A stretch of DNA of 64,000 nt from Dictyostelium discoideum (taxonomy: Eukaryota): assembly GCA_000004695.1 (NCBI GenBank), contig CM000151.3, positions 4,352,001 to 4,416,000 on the forward strand, given 5' to 3'. The first letter of the stretch is position 1; every line of letters begins with the position of its first letter. This document shows positions 60,922 to 64,000 of this stretch, piece after piece. Below the pieces are notes generated by a model, which searched no databases, had not been told where the DNA came from, and worked only from the letters and a program-made list of their open reading frames with translations. The translations under genes and the position numbers were made by a program.

Positions 60922-64000
<3,079 letters not shown>

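Overview
The window is a 64-kb stretch of extremely AT-rich nuclear DNA from a eukaryote, consistent with a Dictyostelium-like social amoeba. The evidence is coding poly-Asn/Gln/Ser tracts, short AT-rich introns with GTAAGT...AG boundaries, long poly(A)/poly(T) intergenic runs, and tRNA genes flanked by retroelement debris. Nothing prokaryotic is present (no operons, no CRISPR). I recognise about 27 protein-coding genes, most on the minus strand; exon-intron structures were reconstructed by hand from the six-frame track. The main genes are a polo-like kinase, DNA ligase I, a bacterial-type RecA with a mitochondrial presequence, a PAK1IP1/MAK11 WD40 protein and an ELO fatty-acid elongase. Also present are a mitochondrial carrier, a patatin-like phospholipase, an S28 serine carboxypeptidase, a CTL/SLC44-like transporter, a DUF1772 membrane protein and a large coiled-coil protein. 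There are two tRNA genes: tRNA-Gly(GCC) with a TRE3-like non-LTR retrotransposon remnant downstream, and tRNA-Ser(AGA). The most unusual loci are: (i) a roughly 1300-aa gene with four tandem MATH domains followed by USP7-type C-terminal ubiquitin-like domains but no deubiquitinase catalytic domain; (ii) immediately next to it, an E2 with a UBE2Z/UBE2O/BIRC6-type active UBC domain preceded by a cysteine-less UBC-like (UEV/RWD-like) domain, possibly spliced to acidic upstream exons; (iii) a vitamin-K-dependent gamma-carboxylase-like (HTTM domain) protein; (iv) two neighbouring genes, the ELO elongase and a secreted protein, with apparent frame discontinuities. Several structured repeats are also noted. 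Splice coordinates were derived by hand and may be off by a few nucleotides.
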